This document shows, piece after piece, positions 32,783 to 50,599 of a stretch of 64,000 nt of DNA (the first letter of the stretch is position 1; each line of letters opens with the position of its first letter). The translations under genes were made by a program, and so were the position numbers. The DNA comes from the human T2T-CHM13v2.0 reference genome, Homo sapiens. Below the pieces are notes generated by a model that had not been told where the DNA came from, ran no database searches, and was given only the letters and a program-made list of their open reading frames with translations. The DNA lies in assembly GCF_009914755.1 (NCBI RefSeq), contig NC_060945.1; one strand, 5' to 3'.

Positions 32783-33248
32783 AATGTAAAAATTGATCAT
32801 ATGAATTGGGTCATTCTTATCACACCAAATAAAACCAACAACAAGCCAGGGGGAGGAGGCATTCAGGGCAAAAACACCACTCCAAAAGCGTAATTCTCTG
32901 CATGCCTGGCTGCTGAAATTACCTGCTTTAAGCTGAAACCAGTTTTATCAAATGGTTACTGAAACAACTTCTTGAACACTAAGACTAGCCTTACCCACCA
33001 CTGTCCCTCACCTATCAGAGCCTGCCAGCTCTCAAAAACCTTACTGGTGCCAGTGAACTTTCTCAAAGAGAAATACATACCGTTTTTCTCTCTGTCTCCC
33101 TTTTTTATAAAACCTCTAACTTTCTCTTTATGTTTTGGACATACTAAAGACACCCATTCTGCATGTATGTGTGAAATTGTAATACTTGTATCTCAAATAA
33201 AACATTTTAATTTCAGATGTTTGTCTCTATATTTATTTGACTTTGACA
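32783..33248 (+). mobile_element. ERV1 LTR (MER34/MER39/LTR29-like)
   Basis: GAATTGGGTCATTCTT..GCTGAAACCAGTTTTATC..AAATAAAAC..TTTGACA. Confidence 0.55.
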
Positions 33249-33492
33249 ATCTGATATTATTTAGCATTATTTCCAGTCTCCCAAATAATGTCAAAATTTT
33301 GTTATGTTAGATAGGAATATCTTGTTATTCAACTTGAAGGTAAACTGCTTGATCAATGCATGTAATTCCTTGACAGATTGTCAGCACCTCTAAGACAACA
33401 TGTAGATATTGCTCATTATTAACACATTTCATCTTTTCATGATAAATTACAAAAATTTAATTTTCATTTTTAAAATGCAAACCATTATGCCT

Positions 33493-36400
33493 TGTATTAT
33501 GGCATTCTTGCGTTACTATAAAGGAATACCTAAGCACTACATAATTTATACTGAAAAAAAAGATTGACTTGGCTCACAGTTCTGCAGGCTGTACAGGAAG
33601 CTTTGCATTGGCAGTTGCTTGACTTCAAGAAGGGTCCTCAGGGAGCTTTTACACATGGCAGAAGGTGAAGCAAAAGAAGGTATGTCACATGGCCAGAGCA
33701 GCAGCAAGCAGGGAGAGGTGCCACACACTTTTAACAGCCAGATGTAATGAGAACTCACTCACTCTTGCAAGGACAGTGCCAAGAGGATGGTGTTAAACAT
33801 GAGAAATCAGCCTTCATGACCGCATCACCTCCCACCAGACCCCGACTCCAACACTGGAAATTACAATTCGACATGAGACTTAAAGGGTACAACATCCAAA
33901 CTATTTCATTCCATCCCTGGCCCTTCAAATCTCATGTTCTTCTCACATTGCAAAATACAATCATCCCTTCTCAATAGTCCCCCAAAAGTCTCAACCTGTT
34001 TCGGCATCACTCGAAAGTGCAGTTTCTTCTGAGACAAGGCAAGTCCCTTCCACTGATGAGCCTGTAAAATCAAAACAAGTTATTTACTTCTAAGATAAAA
34101 TTGGGGTACAGGCATTGGGTAAACATTCCCATTACAAAAGGAGAAATTGGCCAAAAGAAAGGGGCTACAGGCCCCACACAAGTTCAAATCCCAGCAGGGC
34201 AGTCATTAAAACTCGATGTTCCAAAATAATCTCCTTTGAAACCATGTCCCACATCCTGGGAACATAGAGCGTTCCCACGATGCATAGGGTGGGCTCCCAA
34301 GGCCTTGGGCTGCTCTGCTCCCACAGCTCTTCTACACTGAAGGCATGAGCTGCTGGTGGCTCTATCATTCTGGGATCTGGAGGGCAGCAGCCCCCCTCCC
34401 ACAGCTCCACTAGGCCGCCCCCCCAGTCAGGACCCTGAGTGGGGCCTCCAACCCCACATTTCCACTTGGCACTGTCCTAGAAGAGGTCCTCTTTGAGAGC
34501 TCCAGCCGTGCATAGTCTTCTCCCTGGGCATCCAGCCTTTCTCATACATCCTCTGAAATTTAGGCAGAGAATGCCAAGCCTCCTTCACTCTTGCACTTTG
34601 CTTACCTGCAGGCTTAACGCCACATGGAATCCACCAAGGCTTATAGTTTGCACCCACTGAAGCCATGACCTGAGCTCTATCTGCAGCCCTTTGAACCAAG
34701 GCTGGAGCTAGAAGGGCCAGGATGCAAGGAACACCCTCCTGGGGGTGGTACAGGACAGTGATGCCCTGGCCCTGGTCCAAGTGGAACAGGAATTAAAAGA
34801 AATTAAAGAATGTGTAAGCAGAAACTCAGTTGTATGTGAGAAAACCCAATTCCCCCTGAGAAAGAGAAAGAGCTGGAGCCCTTTACAAATTAACTGCCTG
34901 TTTTTCTGTGGCTAGTGAGCTTCATCTCTCCTTCTTTCCCAGGCATTGTGAAGACCCTGTTTCCCTAGCTGTGCAGCTGCAAGGTCACTAGACAGATAAA
35001 CTCAAGTCGTAAAACATGTTTTTCCTTGAAAAGTAAGAAATGATATAATGCATGTCTCAATTAATTGAATAACTGTCTTTGTTTCTCGCTTCTGTAATAT
35101 GCTTCCCCCTGCACAGATCTCCCCACTCCCCACCACCCCACAAAATGCTTAAAAGTTAACTTAAGTCTTTGTTCAGGACTCAGTCCTTTGGATGTTAATC
35201 TGACTGGGCCAGTGCACCTAAATAATAAATATCCTCCTCAACCCCATCAGTCTCTCTGATTCCTTAAAAAATCCCACTACAGCCTGGGCATGGTGGCTCA
35301 TGCCTGTAATCCCAGCACTTTGGGAGGCTGAGGCAGGCAGATCACGAGGTCAGGAGATTGAGACTATCATGGCTGAGACAGTGAAAACCCGTCTCTACTA
35401 AAAATACAAAAAATTAGCCAGGCATGGTGGCAGTCACCTGTAGTCCCAACTACTTGGGAGGCTGAGACAGGAGAATGGCATGTCCCGGAAGGCAGAGCTT
35501 GCAGTGAGCTGAGATTGTGCCACTGCACTCCAGCCTGGGTGACAGAGTGAGACTCCATCTCAAAATAAATAAATAAATAAATTAATTAATTAATTAATTA
35601 ATTTTTAAAATCCCACTACACAAGAAACCATTCTTTCATCCTAGACCTCTAGGTCTGTGCTAGGATGAGCTGCTACAAAGATTTCTGAAATGCCTTCAAG
35701 GCCTTTTTTTAATTGTCTTGGCTATCAGCACCTAGCTCTTTTTCAGTTATGTAAATGTCTCTAATAAGTGGTTGCTCCACAGCCTGTTAGATTCTTCCCC
35801 TGAAAATGCTTTATCTTCCTTTGCCAAATGGGCAGGCTGCAAATTTTCTATACTTGTATGGTCTGCTTCCCATTTAATTGTAAATTCCAACTTTAAGTCA
35901 TTTTTTTGCTCCTGTGTCTGAGTGTTCAAACTTCCTCAGATCCCTAGTACATGAACAGACTGCAGCCAAGTTCTTTGCAAAGGCATAACAGGCATGACCT
36001 TTATTCCAAGTCTCAGTAAGTTCCTCATTTTCATCTGAGACCGCATCAGCCTATCCTTCACTGTCCATATCACTATCAGCATTTTGGTTACAACCATTTA
36101 ACTAGTCTCTAAGAAATTCAGAACTTTCCTTCATCTTCCTGTATTAGGAGCAGTCCAAACTCTTCCAACTCCTGCCCATTACCTAGTTCCAAAGTCACTT
36201 CCACACTTTCAAGTATCTTTATAGCAATGCCCCATGTCTCAGTACCAATTTGCTGTATTAGGCCATTCTTACATTGCTATGAAGAAATACCTGAGACTGG
36301 GTAATTTATAAAGAAAAGAGCTTTGAAAAGAGGTTTGTATACCTGCAGGCTGTACAAACATGATTCTGGCATCTGCCTAGCTTCTGGTGAGGCCTCAGGA

Positions 36401-36663
36401 GGCTTTATTCATGGCAGAAGATGAAGAAGGAGCAGGCAGGCACATCACCTGGCAAGGCAGGGGAAGCACCACACACTTTTAAACAAATAGATCTTGCAAG
36501 AATTCACTCACTCTCACAAGGACAGCACCAGGGACAGGATGCTAGACCATTTCTGAGAAATCCACCCCCATGATCCAATCACCTCCCTCCAGACCTACCA
36601 CCAACATTGGGGGTATCACAATTCAACATGAGATTTAGAGGGAACAACATCTGAGGTATCTCA
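33493..36663 (-). mobile_element. Full-length MST (MaLR) element: LTR 33493-33908, internal 33909-36253, LTR 36254-36663
   Basis: Two homologous LTRs flank MST-int. Perfect 5-bp TSD TGCCT (33488-33492 / 36664-36668). Confidence 0.88.
34782..35620 (+). mobile_element. ERV1 solo LTR (LTR15-like, ~500 bp) nested in MST-int, with an Alu (35282-~35605) at its 3' terminus
   Basis: TG..CA termini, 4-bp TSD CAAG (34778-34781 / 35621-35624). Alu TSD AAAATCCCACTACA. Confidence 0.78.
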
Positions 36664-37548
36664 TGCCTCATGTTGTGACTTGGTATAATGTCCATAAGAT
36701 TACACTGACTTTACACATCATATTGCAGTTTTTGCTAGCTCTTCTGTAGTAAGAAAATGGAATTCATCAGCAATGCCTTCTAAGTCTGGCTCTGTTTTCC
36801 CATGCAGACTTTTCCCTGAGCTCTGCTTGTCAGTCTTGCTAGAACCTCACCCTAGGCAGCAACCTCCAGTCTGAGATTGCCCTTGACAGTGGCTGAGGTT
36901 TGCATTGTTGGAATGGATTAGAAAAAACAAAGGGAAGACAGACCAAAACACATTTAAATACAGATCCCATTTGTTGAAGTTTTAAGTAATTTTAAATGTT
37001 TATTTGCACCAGCTGCCCACTCCCATTGTACTCTCCTCACCCAAAAAGGTGACTTGATATTCTAGTAAAAAGCCAAACTGTGCTTTAGAGAAACCCACTT
37101 GTTACTTCTTTAAATCCATATAATTTTGCCAAAGTGAATTTTTGTTAATATGCTCTGGCAGAATCAGTAAACTAATTATTTACACCAGAGTCACTTAACC
37201 TTTCCTCTTGGTCATTTGCATGTAAATTATTTTTATATGTATAAAATTTGCTTACTCAAGAAAGCTCTTGCTATATATATATATATATTTTTTTTGTGGT
37301 ATCTTAACATACTCTAGTCTTGTCTTGAATTCCTTAAGACTTTGAGGTAAAGAACTCTCTTGTAACAAGTTTCCAAATCAAAGTGGGAAAGAGGAAGATT
37401 AGGTTAAGCATTAGGTCATCAGGTATGTAGGACAGCTAATTCCATTATCAGAATGGTAGTGATAGCCAGTTTGCATTTTGCATATTAGTTGTAACAAAAA
37501 TATTCAGCATATTAGTGACAAAACCAAAGTTATTGTGAATCAGTTTAT

Positions 37549-37837
37549 AATTTATTTTTTGAGATAGGGTCTTAATCTGTCACCCAAGCTCAAGTGCAGA
37601 GGTGTGATCTTGGTTCACTGAAGCCTCAACCACCTGGGCTCAAGAGATCCTCCCAGCCCAGCCTCCTTAGTACAGGTGAGTGCCACCACACCCAGCTATT
37701 TTTTTCTCTACTTTTTGTAGAGATTGGGTCTCACTTTGTTGCCAAGGCTGTTCTCAAAATCCTGGGCTCAAGCAATCCTTCTGCCTCAACCTCCCAAGTG
37801 GTGCTGGGATTACAGGTTTGAGCCACCGCACCTGGCC
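37549..37837 (-). mobile_element. AluJ
   Basis: Diverged reverse Alu. Confidence 0.82.
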
Positions 37838-38423
37838 AGTTTATAATGTTAATGGCTTTTGGAGCAGGAACCAGTGGGTGCTGCCTCTTGTCTGCAAGAT
37901 GAGGAGTCTCCTCTCCCCAGAAGTGAGGCATCTTCTACCACAAGGGAGGCTTTGCCCAAACAGTCACCGAAAGGCTGAGATTGGGAAGGGAACAAAACAG
38001 GAGTGAATATGTTCCTGGAACCTAACTGCTCCCCAATTCAACTCTACTGCAGACATTCAGAATGAAGGGGACATTCAGCTGAAGAACAGGAGTTAAAAGA
38101 ACAGCTGTTAAAATCTCAGATTGTAAAAACAATTTTGCTTCATTTTCCCTAAATAATTTTTAAACAATTGTTCTTAGGTGATATTCTAAACTTCGGGTAA
38201 TATCTGTGACTTAGTAAATGTTCTTTAAAAGATGGGATAATATTTTTATTTTGTTTAATTATATGTGTTTTTAAACTAATTTTATAGGAAAAATAATTTC
38301 TTTCCTTCCCTGTTATACCAAATACAGCCTTTAGCTCAAGACACAAGAAATTCCAGGAAAACTGGAATGTAAGTTCAATATGTTGCACTAAGTACATTTG
38401 AAAGTGCATGCATTTTTATTTTA

Positions 38424-38657
38424 ATTCATCATTCTCAGTCAACTATCGCAAGGACAAAAAACGAAACACCGCATGTTCTCACTCATAGCTGGGAATTGAA
38501 CAATGAGAACACATGGACACAGGAAGGGGAACATCACACTCTGGGGGCTGTTGTGGGGTGGGGAGAGGGGTGAGGGATAGCATTAGGAGATATGCCTAAG
38601 GCTAAATGTCGAGTTAATGGGTTCAGCACACCAGCATGGCACATGTATACATATGTA
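38424..38657 (+). mobile_element. Young L1PA 3'UTR fragment without polyA tail
   Basis: CATCATTCTCAG..CTATCGCAAGGACAAAAAAC..CATGTATACATATGTAA. Confidence 0.85.
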
Positions 38658-38811
38658 ATGTATACATATGTTAATGCACCAATTCTGCATCAAGTCAGTG
38701 CAATCAGAGACACTGCAAGAATGACTTTTGGTTTTCTTTTCCTAGTTTTTGGAAGTTTCTCAAGTCTGTCATACTGGACTCTATATTACATCTCGAATTT
38801 TTTTCACTTAC

Positions 38812-40473
38812 TATAGATCTCCTATACGCTCAATTGTTTAGCTATTACCTTAACATTTACCCTGTGAACCCATGACATTTGAGGCTGCCAAAGTGATTAT
38901 TACATGATAAAACATATACTTGGTTAAAGGCAATATTTAACAATTGTAAAACCAATAAATCAATAATTAAATCTTTCTGGCTTAGACTTAAAACTGCTTA
39001 ATTTAGTCATATCTCTACCCACAACATAGAGATTCCAACAAGGGTTGAAAGTAGAGTTGGCAAGCATTTCCATTCTCTTCTGGGATAATAATTCTTACTA
39101 CCAACACTGGTTCTGACCAGTGAAATTCAAAATCAGTGAAACACTACCCAGAGTCTGAGTGAACCAAAAATAGTTTCACTTTAGGAAAAAGTCTATATCC
39201 TTAGATGTGAGTGATTCTCTGTGAACATTTTATTCACTTTAATATATTTAAAGAAAATCTTTCTGAATTGGTGTGTTTTCTTTAGTTTGTATTCTGATAC
39301 TTTAATGCTAAAAGCTCTTGATTTTAAGTTTTCATGGAGGGGCTATCTACATAATTTTTATACATCATTATATGCATCAATAATTAAAAAGGAGTAGAAA
39401 TTTTTTCACTAATTGAGAAATATTATAGACCTAACAAAATGAGGGCAAACTATAAGCAATTTGGGGAAACTATAAGGATGTAATTAAATAGTCACTGTTT
39501 TTAGAAACCATTAACTGCATATTGAAATCTTAACACTTGTTGGGAAAACGAGGTGGTAAATCAACTTGTCAGCATGAGTACTAAATAAAACAAAATATGG
39601 TTAAGTTCAGATAGTAGTTCTGCAATTTCTGATTTTAAATGTTTCTGCAAAATAGTTTATCTGAACGATTAAACTATTATTCTGTGTTCACCAACCATTA
39701 AGAAAATCTGCTCTATGGCCAGGTTAAACCTGAAAGTGGTACAATTCAAAACTTGATGTAGGCAATAGGTATGTATAATGTATTTATTCTAATATGAGAG
39801 GGTATATCAAAGTAATTTTCTTGGGGCACAGTGTCAAAACAAAGCAATGGGATTTGGCCATGGACATTTCATTATTATCAAAGAGACTTGGACACTACCT
39901 TAGAGTAATAACTTTATTATTTAACAAAGATGTTTTATAAAAAGAACAACAAAATGAGAGGAATAGAAATCACGCAGGTAAAACAGATAATCTGATTTTG
40001 TGGGTCTCAGAGCAGAGATTAGTGTCTTTCAGTTTCAGAGTAAATGACCTCACTGCATTTCTCTGAACTGTCATGGTTGTCACAAATATACTGTGTTCTA
40101 ACACACTCCATGATTTAAGGTCTACAAAGTAACAAAGGCAAAATAACCTATATGCTCTACCATATTTTCCTCAATTCTAGTGTTCTTCAAAGAGAGAATG
40201 TTTTCTCTAAATCTAATTGAGAGTAATTCTGTATGGATCGGTAAACATTTCTTCAGGCAGTTGGAGTAATATGTGTCTAGGGCTAACTCAGAGGGGTCTT
40301 TTATGTCTTTTAATAGAAGCTAACTATACTCTTGTGATATGATAATCACCATCATTGACTTACAGTTTCTAAGGTTTGAAGGTATATTGAACACTCAAGG
40401 GGCTCACATTCTTACTGATTCATGAATCTCTTCAGGTCCAGGGAACTTAGTATTTTTCAAGAGTGCAAAATGC
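38812..40473 (-). pseudogene. Chain of four exon-like segments of an unidentified decayed gene or lncRNA (40416-40473, 40054-40121, 39099-39154, 38812-38861)
   Basis: Each segment has a minus-strand YAG acceptor and a GTAAGA/GTGAGG/GTAAGA/GTAAGT donor. Every joined frame contains stops. Parent not recognised. Confidence 0.35.
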
Positions 40474-40606
40474 CTAGAGACAGCTGGGAACAAATGAATG
40501 TCATTCCTGATACTGTGCTTATAGTTACTTGAGTTTCATCTCAGAAAATAAATTGTCTGGTGCAATATTTCTTACAACTTAGTTCCTAAATGAACTCAAC
40601 AAACTA

Positions 40607-42928
<2,322 letters not shown>

Positions 42929-44754
42929 TATGCAAGAATAATCTAAATTTCTCTGGTGAAAGAACCTAAACATGCCTTTTAAAAATTTATATATCATTCC
43001 TTTTGTAAAACCTAATGAAAATAACAATTTTGTCTATTGTAAAAGGCAAGTGATCGCAGCAGATGGAAATCACTTTATTTCCTATATCTTTGTAAAGATA
43101 ATGACTGCTAATAAACAACATGAAGAATTTTCAGGTATAATTTTGATAAAAATTTAACGGTTTTGTGCTTCTAGGCCAAATCTGCAATACAATCCTTCAT
43201 AAGATTGTACTTTGAAACTCTCGTTGTCATCTGACATATGCAGATAATAGAGAAATATAATCCCCTTTCTAAATGTTTACATTCTCTCCCTGGTACGAAT
43301 TAGCTTGCTGGAAACATCAGTAATCACTGACATAAAGATCCCACTATTAAATAAAACGGATACTTTTTAAAAACATGCAGCAAATAAGCAACATTTCATA
43401 AAACAACACAGGATTTTATATGTTCCCCACTCCATTAGAGGCTATTATGCTGAATTGGATCCTCATTCCAACCTGTGTCCATATTTTAGGGTTGAAATAG
43501 TCTAAAACCCAACATTTACTGTTCTCCTGTTGTGATATCTATATATCTAATATGTTCACATTCTCTGTATTCATCTATGTTAATATATTTAAAAAGGAAA
43601 AGAAAGGGGGCTTTAGGAAGAACTTTACATCACACGTCAGAGTAAACATCAAATCAAGTTATCAATTTACTAATAAACCCATTTAAGAAAAAATATTCAG
43701 CTAGAGAGCAATTAACCTTATTGTCTTTGTGTCTGATCCATATTTCTCCACCTGATACATGGAAATAACCAGAGAGATACTATAAAATACCTCAGGTGCA
43801 TTGTTGAAAGTAATTTCCTGCTTTTGTGGGATAACTGAAACATAAACGTAAATAAGATAGTTTGAAAGTTCACTTTCTCATCAATGCTCAAATAATTTAT
43901 TCTAATAAAGCCCAGCAAAACTTAGCTTGTAATGCCATCAAGGTAAATATATTCATGAAGTACTCACTTGCTAAATTTTTAAACACAATACATTATCTCA
44001 TCTTTAATTTTTAGTTGTTATTTCAATTATCCATTGCTGTGTATAGCAGTCATCAAACTTAGTTGGTTAAAACACAAACTCACAATTTGTTAACTTTGGT
44101 TGAGCTCAGGAGGATAATATTCGGAGTCTTGCCTAGGTTTCCTTATATGACTGACAAGGCCTACATAGTCCAAAGAGACATCACTCAAATATCTGGCAGT
44201 TCACTGGTGCTATCAGCTGGGTTCTCCTCCACTTAGTCTCTCTAGTAGAGTAGATCAGGTTCTCATTTGGCATTGGTGCCATTTTAATTTGCCAAGCCTA
44301 AATTTACTATCATTTGTCAAGTGTCTATTAAGTCAGTGTCAGAGAGGGCTATATAACGATATGGCTATGAGGAGACTTAATAAATCGAGGGTTCTTTGAT
44401 ATAACAGGCTACCCAGTTACATTTCTTGTTCTAAAGATTTTTTCAGATACAACAAACAATATTTTACAATTTAACTTGTAGATGAATGAGTTTCCTGGGA
44501 TATAATTTAACTAAGCAAACTCTTTCATACTAAAAATCTTATGACCTCTTTACCCATCTTAGGTTTTAAGATTGATATGAGAGGTATTCTGGAATAGAAA
44601 TCCAAATTTAAGGCTAGAGTCAAGAGTGCTGAAGATAAGACTCTTATCTAAAGGAAAATCAAGCAATTGCTATGTCTTGCAAAGGCCAGTGAGCAGACAG
44701 AGGGGAGAGAATGCAATTGCCCCAAATAAAGACTCACTTTGGAACTCAGTGATT

Positions 44755-44930
44755 ATATGTGTGCATATATGTGTATATATGTATATTATACATGTGTATG
44801 CATGTATATATGTATATTATACATATATATGCATGTATATATATGAATATATATAAAACTGAAAACTGCACACATCCCATATACACCATATACATGAAAG
44901 TGAACACACACACATACATAAACATATATA
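44755..44930. repeat. TA/TG-rich low-complexity tract
   Basis: Directly visible. Confidence 0.75.
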
Positions 44931-47322
44931 TTCAGTTTCAAACAATTGTTAGGGAACCTGAGGAAGAAACTAAATGGAATATAATGGTTGCATCTATGAT
45001 AGCCATGGTACTAGAACTAGTAGTAGTTCTACTAAGGTGAGAATTGACATAGTAAAAGAAATAAGATACAAAGCAGTAAGAGAGAGCTACATTTTCCTTA
45101 AGGCCAGGCTGAATATTCACTAACAAGGAAATTTCTACAGTCATTATTTTAATCTGATTCATTCTCTTGGTGGGATATTCCAGAGTTACCACCTACAGAA
45201 ATTCCACTTTTCCTTACTGAGGTTTTCTTTTTTTTCTTTTCAGTCCAAATATTAGTCATTTTGGTAGAGAAGGTAGAAACAATTAACAATTGAGTAATTC
45301 CTCAAGAATCATGTTAAAAGGTTTCCAAATCATGAATGTATAGTTATATTTTGTTCGCTAGATTTTAACCCACATACCTCACTTGTATAGAAATTATGCT
45401 TATTTGGATACTCAGTATATTTCTTCACATAAAGACAAAATCTATAAAATGTACACACACACAGATGCTATGGATACATGCACACATGTGCACACACAAA
45501 TATGTATACATGGTTTACCATTATTTTCTAGATCATTCAGAGGTCAGTATTAATTAAAACATCATAGATCTATGGCAAATTTTGGGCCACTTCTCCTAAG
45601 ACAGGAATTTAAAAAGCCTTCAATTGTCATAACAATGGGAAGAAGTCTGAGAGCTGGAGTAAGGGAAGTTGGTGCTCAGAAATATTAACTACCATTTATA
45701 TAGGATATCCTTATGAGATAATCTTAAAGACAAATGAGGCTAAAATAGTAATACGAGTTATTTAGCCAAGTTTTCCAGCAGGAAGAAGGAAATAAGCAGT
45801 GAACTAAAAAGCATACAAGATACAGAGGAGCAGGTTAATTGAAGCCATTGCAGCAGAAATTGAGAAGAATAAACAGGAGTTAGAAGATGAGAGCAAGCAA
45901 TTGCAAGTGGAGTGGGCTGAGCTGGAATTATGGTGTAGAAAATGACTGGTTGAGAAAAACCCAAACAAATATTTCTATAATGTCATGTGCATAAGATACC
46001 TGTAGATGTTATCAAGGTATATACATAAACTACCTGTCATTAGAGCTAATTTCTTAGCAAATTATTCATAAAAGTTTATAACTTTGTGAGGCATTACGGA
46101 CACCAAAACTAATGATTTGGCATTTCCATGGGCCAATTTGTCTAAAGAACTATCTTTTACACTTTACTGTTTTTTAATAAGCAATACAGTGCTCAAAAAG
46201 TCTTTTATACCAAGTCCAGTAGGTTGATAACATTGAGTATAACTGAGCATTGCTTTGTGTCTACCCTCAGGCAAATCTGGAGATTTTCTCAAGCTTCTTT
46301 ATGAAAATGGAGAAACCTCACAAGAGATGCTAATGGACAGCTGACCCTGCTCCCTGCTCCATCACAGGTTGTAGAGTATTAATTCCCAAGTTACCCAGAC
46401 ATTTAGTTGTGAATGTGCAAAAATGGTTTAGGTTCAAATGTTTTCAACTACTGACAAGCTCAAGAATTCAGAGGAGGTAGTACTAAGGGAAATGTAATTA
46501 ATATATAATATCAAAACTTAAGCATAGCACCATAACACCTAATTTTTGATGATGTCAAATACTTAAAGTTCTCCCTTTTTATTTTCTGGTGAAAGGTGCA
46601 TAGTATACAAACCTCTACTAACTTCTTGGGCTTCTGAATAAAGGAAAGGACTACCTAATGACAGTAATAGCTTGACTGCTGAAGAATTATGTCAATTAAC
46701 AAAAATTGCTTCATAGGAAAAAGATGAATTGTCTCTTCAAAGTTTTTTTTAAGCATGGGTGACCAAAACCATCACATACTTAGAAGAAAATATTGCATTG
46801 ATTTATACAAGATATGCTGTACACGTTACAGAAGATTCGTGTTTAATAATGCATCTTGTAAAAATCTTAGAGAGCTATAACCTTACAACATGACTTAACC
46901 CAAATACATTGAAAACCCCTTGGATTTAGACCTACAGGGAGGTGGTTTTGCTTTCTGTACCATAGCACGCATAGTTGAAGCAAACATATTCCTTCAAACA
47001 TAATACTCTTACATAATAGAAAGTGTTCTCTGTTTTCTGGATGAAAAGGCATGAGGTCTTTTGTATTAGCAAACTGAAATTGTTAACTATAAAAAGTCAA
47101 AAATCAAAGGTGCTCTCACGTATTTATAAGGACCTTGAATGGCTCAGATTCATCAGGAAAAAAAAAAAACATTCCTGAGAGTCTGATCTCAAGCTGATGT
47201 TTCTTTATTGAATTTGATTCTAAACCATCATTTTGTTGAATCCTCTGTGCTTTCAGAATGCTGAAATGTAAAATATTTTTAACTTATGAAAGAGATAATT
47301 TATTTTTATTTTCTCCTATACA

Positions 47323-48775
<1,453 letters not shown>

Positions 48776-49689
48776 TTAAGTAGTACCTTAAAAACTAGAC
48801 AAATCCATACAGGGTCAAAAGAACTCAACTGAATTCTCTATCACTGTGAAAATAGACTTAGTTCTTCATTACAAAAGCACTACAATAACTACAAAAATTA
48901 TATCTCCTGGAGTATATATTTACATATCCATGCAAAAGGGGAATAGATTAAAAGATGTTTATGAATGTCTAAAACCTTAAGTCAGTTTAAGTTTAACGTA
49001 GTATTATAAATCAGGTTTGTGGGTGATATTTTGTCTGCTTCTAGACTTGTGAGCAAGTTATTAAGTTTTAGGTTACTTATATTTAAAATTCAAAAAGGAA
49101 ATGATTGTGATTGCATTCAAAGAAAGAGAGGACATTTTGAAGCTTCTTTTTTTTTACTAATATCAAAACATAATATCACATTTGCAAAACACGTTGATGG
49201 CTTACAACCAAGTAAAATACCTCAATACCCCACTTTTCAAGATCAGTAATATTGGCCTATGAGTATCCCTCTATAGGAATTATAAAAAGTTGTATTTATG
49301 CCCTGAGATTATACCCTATAATGTGCAAACTTTATAGGATAGACAAGTGGATATAAGGTTTCTTTCTAGGTTTCCTTATATACTCCAAATGGTAAAACTA
49401 GATGGAAGATTAAAATTCCAAATGTTGTTAATTTTAGAACCTTCAATGTCAGAGTTACTTTGTATGAATGAATTTACCTAATTTTCCACACTATGCATGT
49501 CTAATAGATATTACCATTGCACAGGTGAGAAAACTGCATCTCTGATTATTATTATTCACTCTAGTCACAGAGATAAGAAAGGGCAAAATATCATAATAGA
49601 AGCCCAAATAAGTCTTATTTTAATGGAATATTTTTCCACTGGACTTCAACTGGTTTATCTTATTTATCCGTCCATCTAAGATCAGTTGA

Positions 49690-50590
49690 AAAAAGAGACT
49701 TGCAGATGCAATATTTTAGCCAATATATCCAATCTCCTATTTGAAATCTCCTGCATATCTAACAGAAAACTCAAATTTAGTATGTCTGAAATCAAGCTGA
49801 CTGCTGCACGTGTTCACACTGAAACAAAGCAAAACAAAATTCCTTCAACAGCTTTTCTCATCTCAATAAATGGTACTACACTGTGCCTGTATGACTCATG
49901 CCCAAAACCTAGAGGTCGACCTAGGTTCTTTTTTTCCCCATGACTCTCCATTTCCAAGATTTCCATTTCTTCCTTGAACACTTCTCAAAGCCACACCCAT
50001 CTCTCTGTCAGAATACCACAATGCATTGCAAATCTGCCTCCCCACTTGTCATCTCCTCCCTAAATGCTCTATTTTCACAGTAGTCTGAGTGGCTTTTTTT
50101 TTTTAAAGCACACAAGATCTTGACTCTTCATTCCCTACTTTCTGCTTTAACTCCTTGTTTGGCTTTCCTCTGCTAATATAAAGAAAAATTTCCAACTTCT
50201 TTTTAATGACCATAGATCCTGGCTTGATGTTTTCTACCTACCTCTCCAACCACATGTCATACACTTCCCTTCTTTTCTTATCGCACCCAAAACATTCTTA
50301 ATTATTTCCACAGTCTTTGTGTATGCCAACCCTTTTTCTGCCTCTAGAATTTTGTGCTTGTTTCTCTTTCTTTCTAAAATAAGCTTTCTGTGGCTTTTTG
50401 TAAAATTAGATCATTGTTCTTTGAAATCTCGGCTAAGAAGTTTTCTGAAATACCTTAATTAAAGTTCCTTCCCTGGTTACTAGCAGTCTCCTCACTTTGT
50501 TTATTTTTATTGTAATCTTTAATGATTGTTTTCTATTTGTTTGATTTCTTGATCAACTCAAATTTGTATCCTCAGCTCTTATCAAAATAC
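49690..50590. mobile_element. L2 fragments
   Basis: CTCAAATTTAGTATGTC..CTCATCTCAATAAATGG..CCCAAAACCTAG, L2-like motifs. Confidence 0.55.
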
Positions 50591-50599
50591 TAGGTAACT

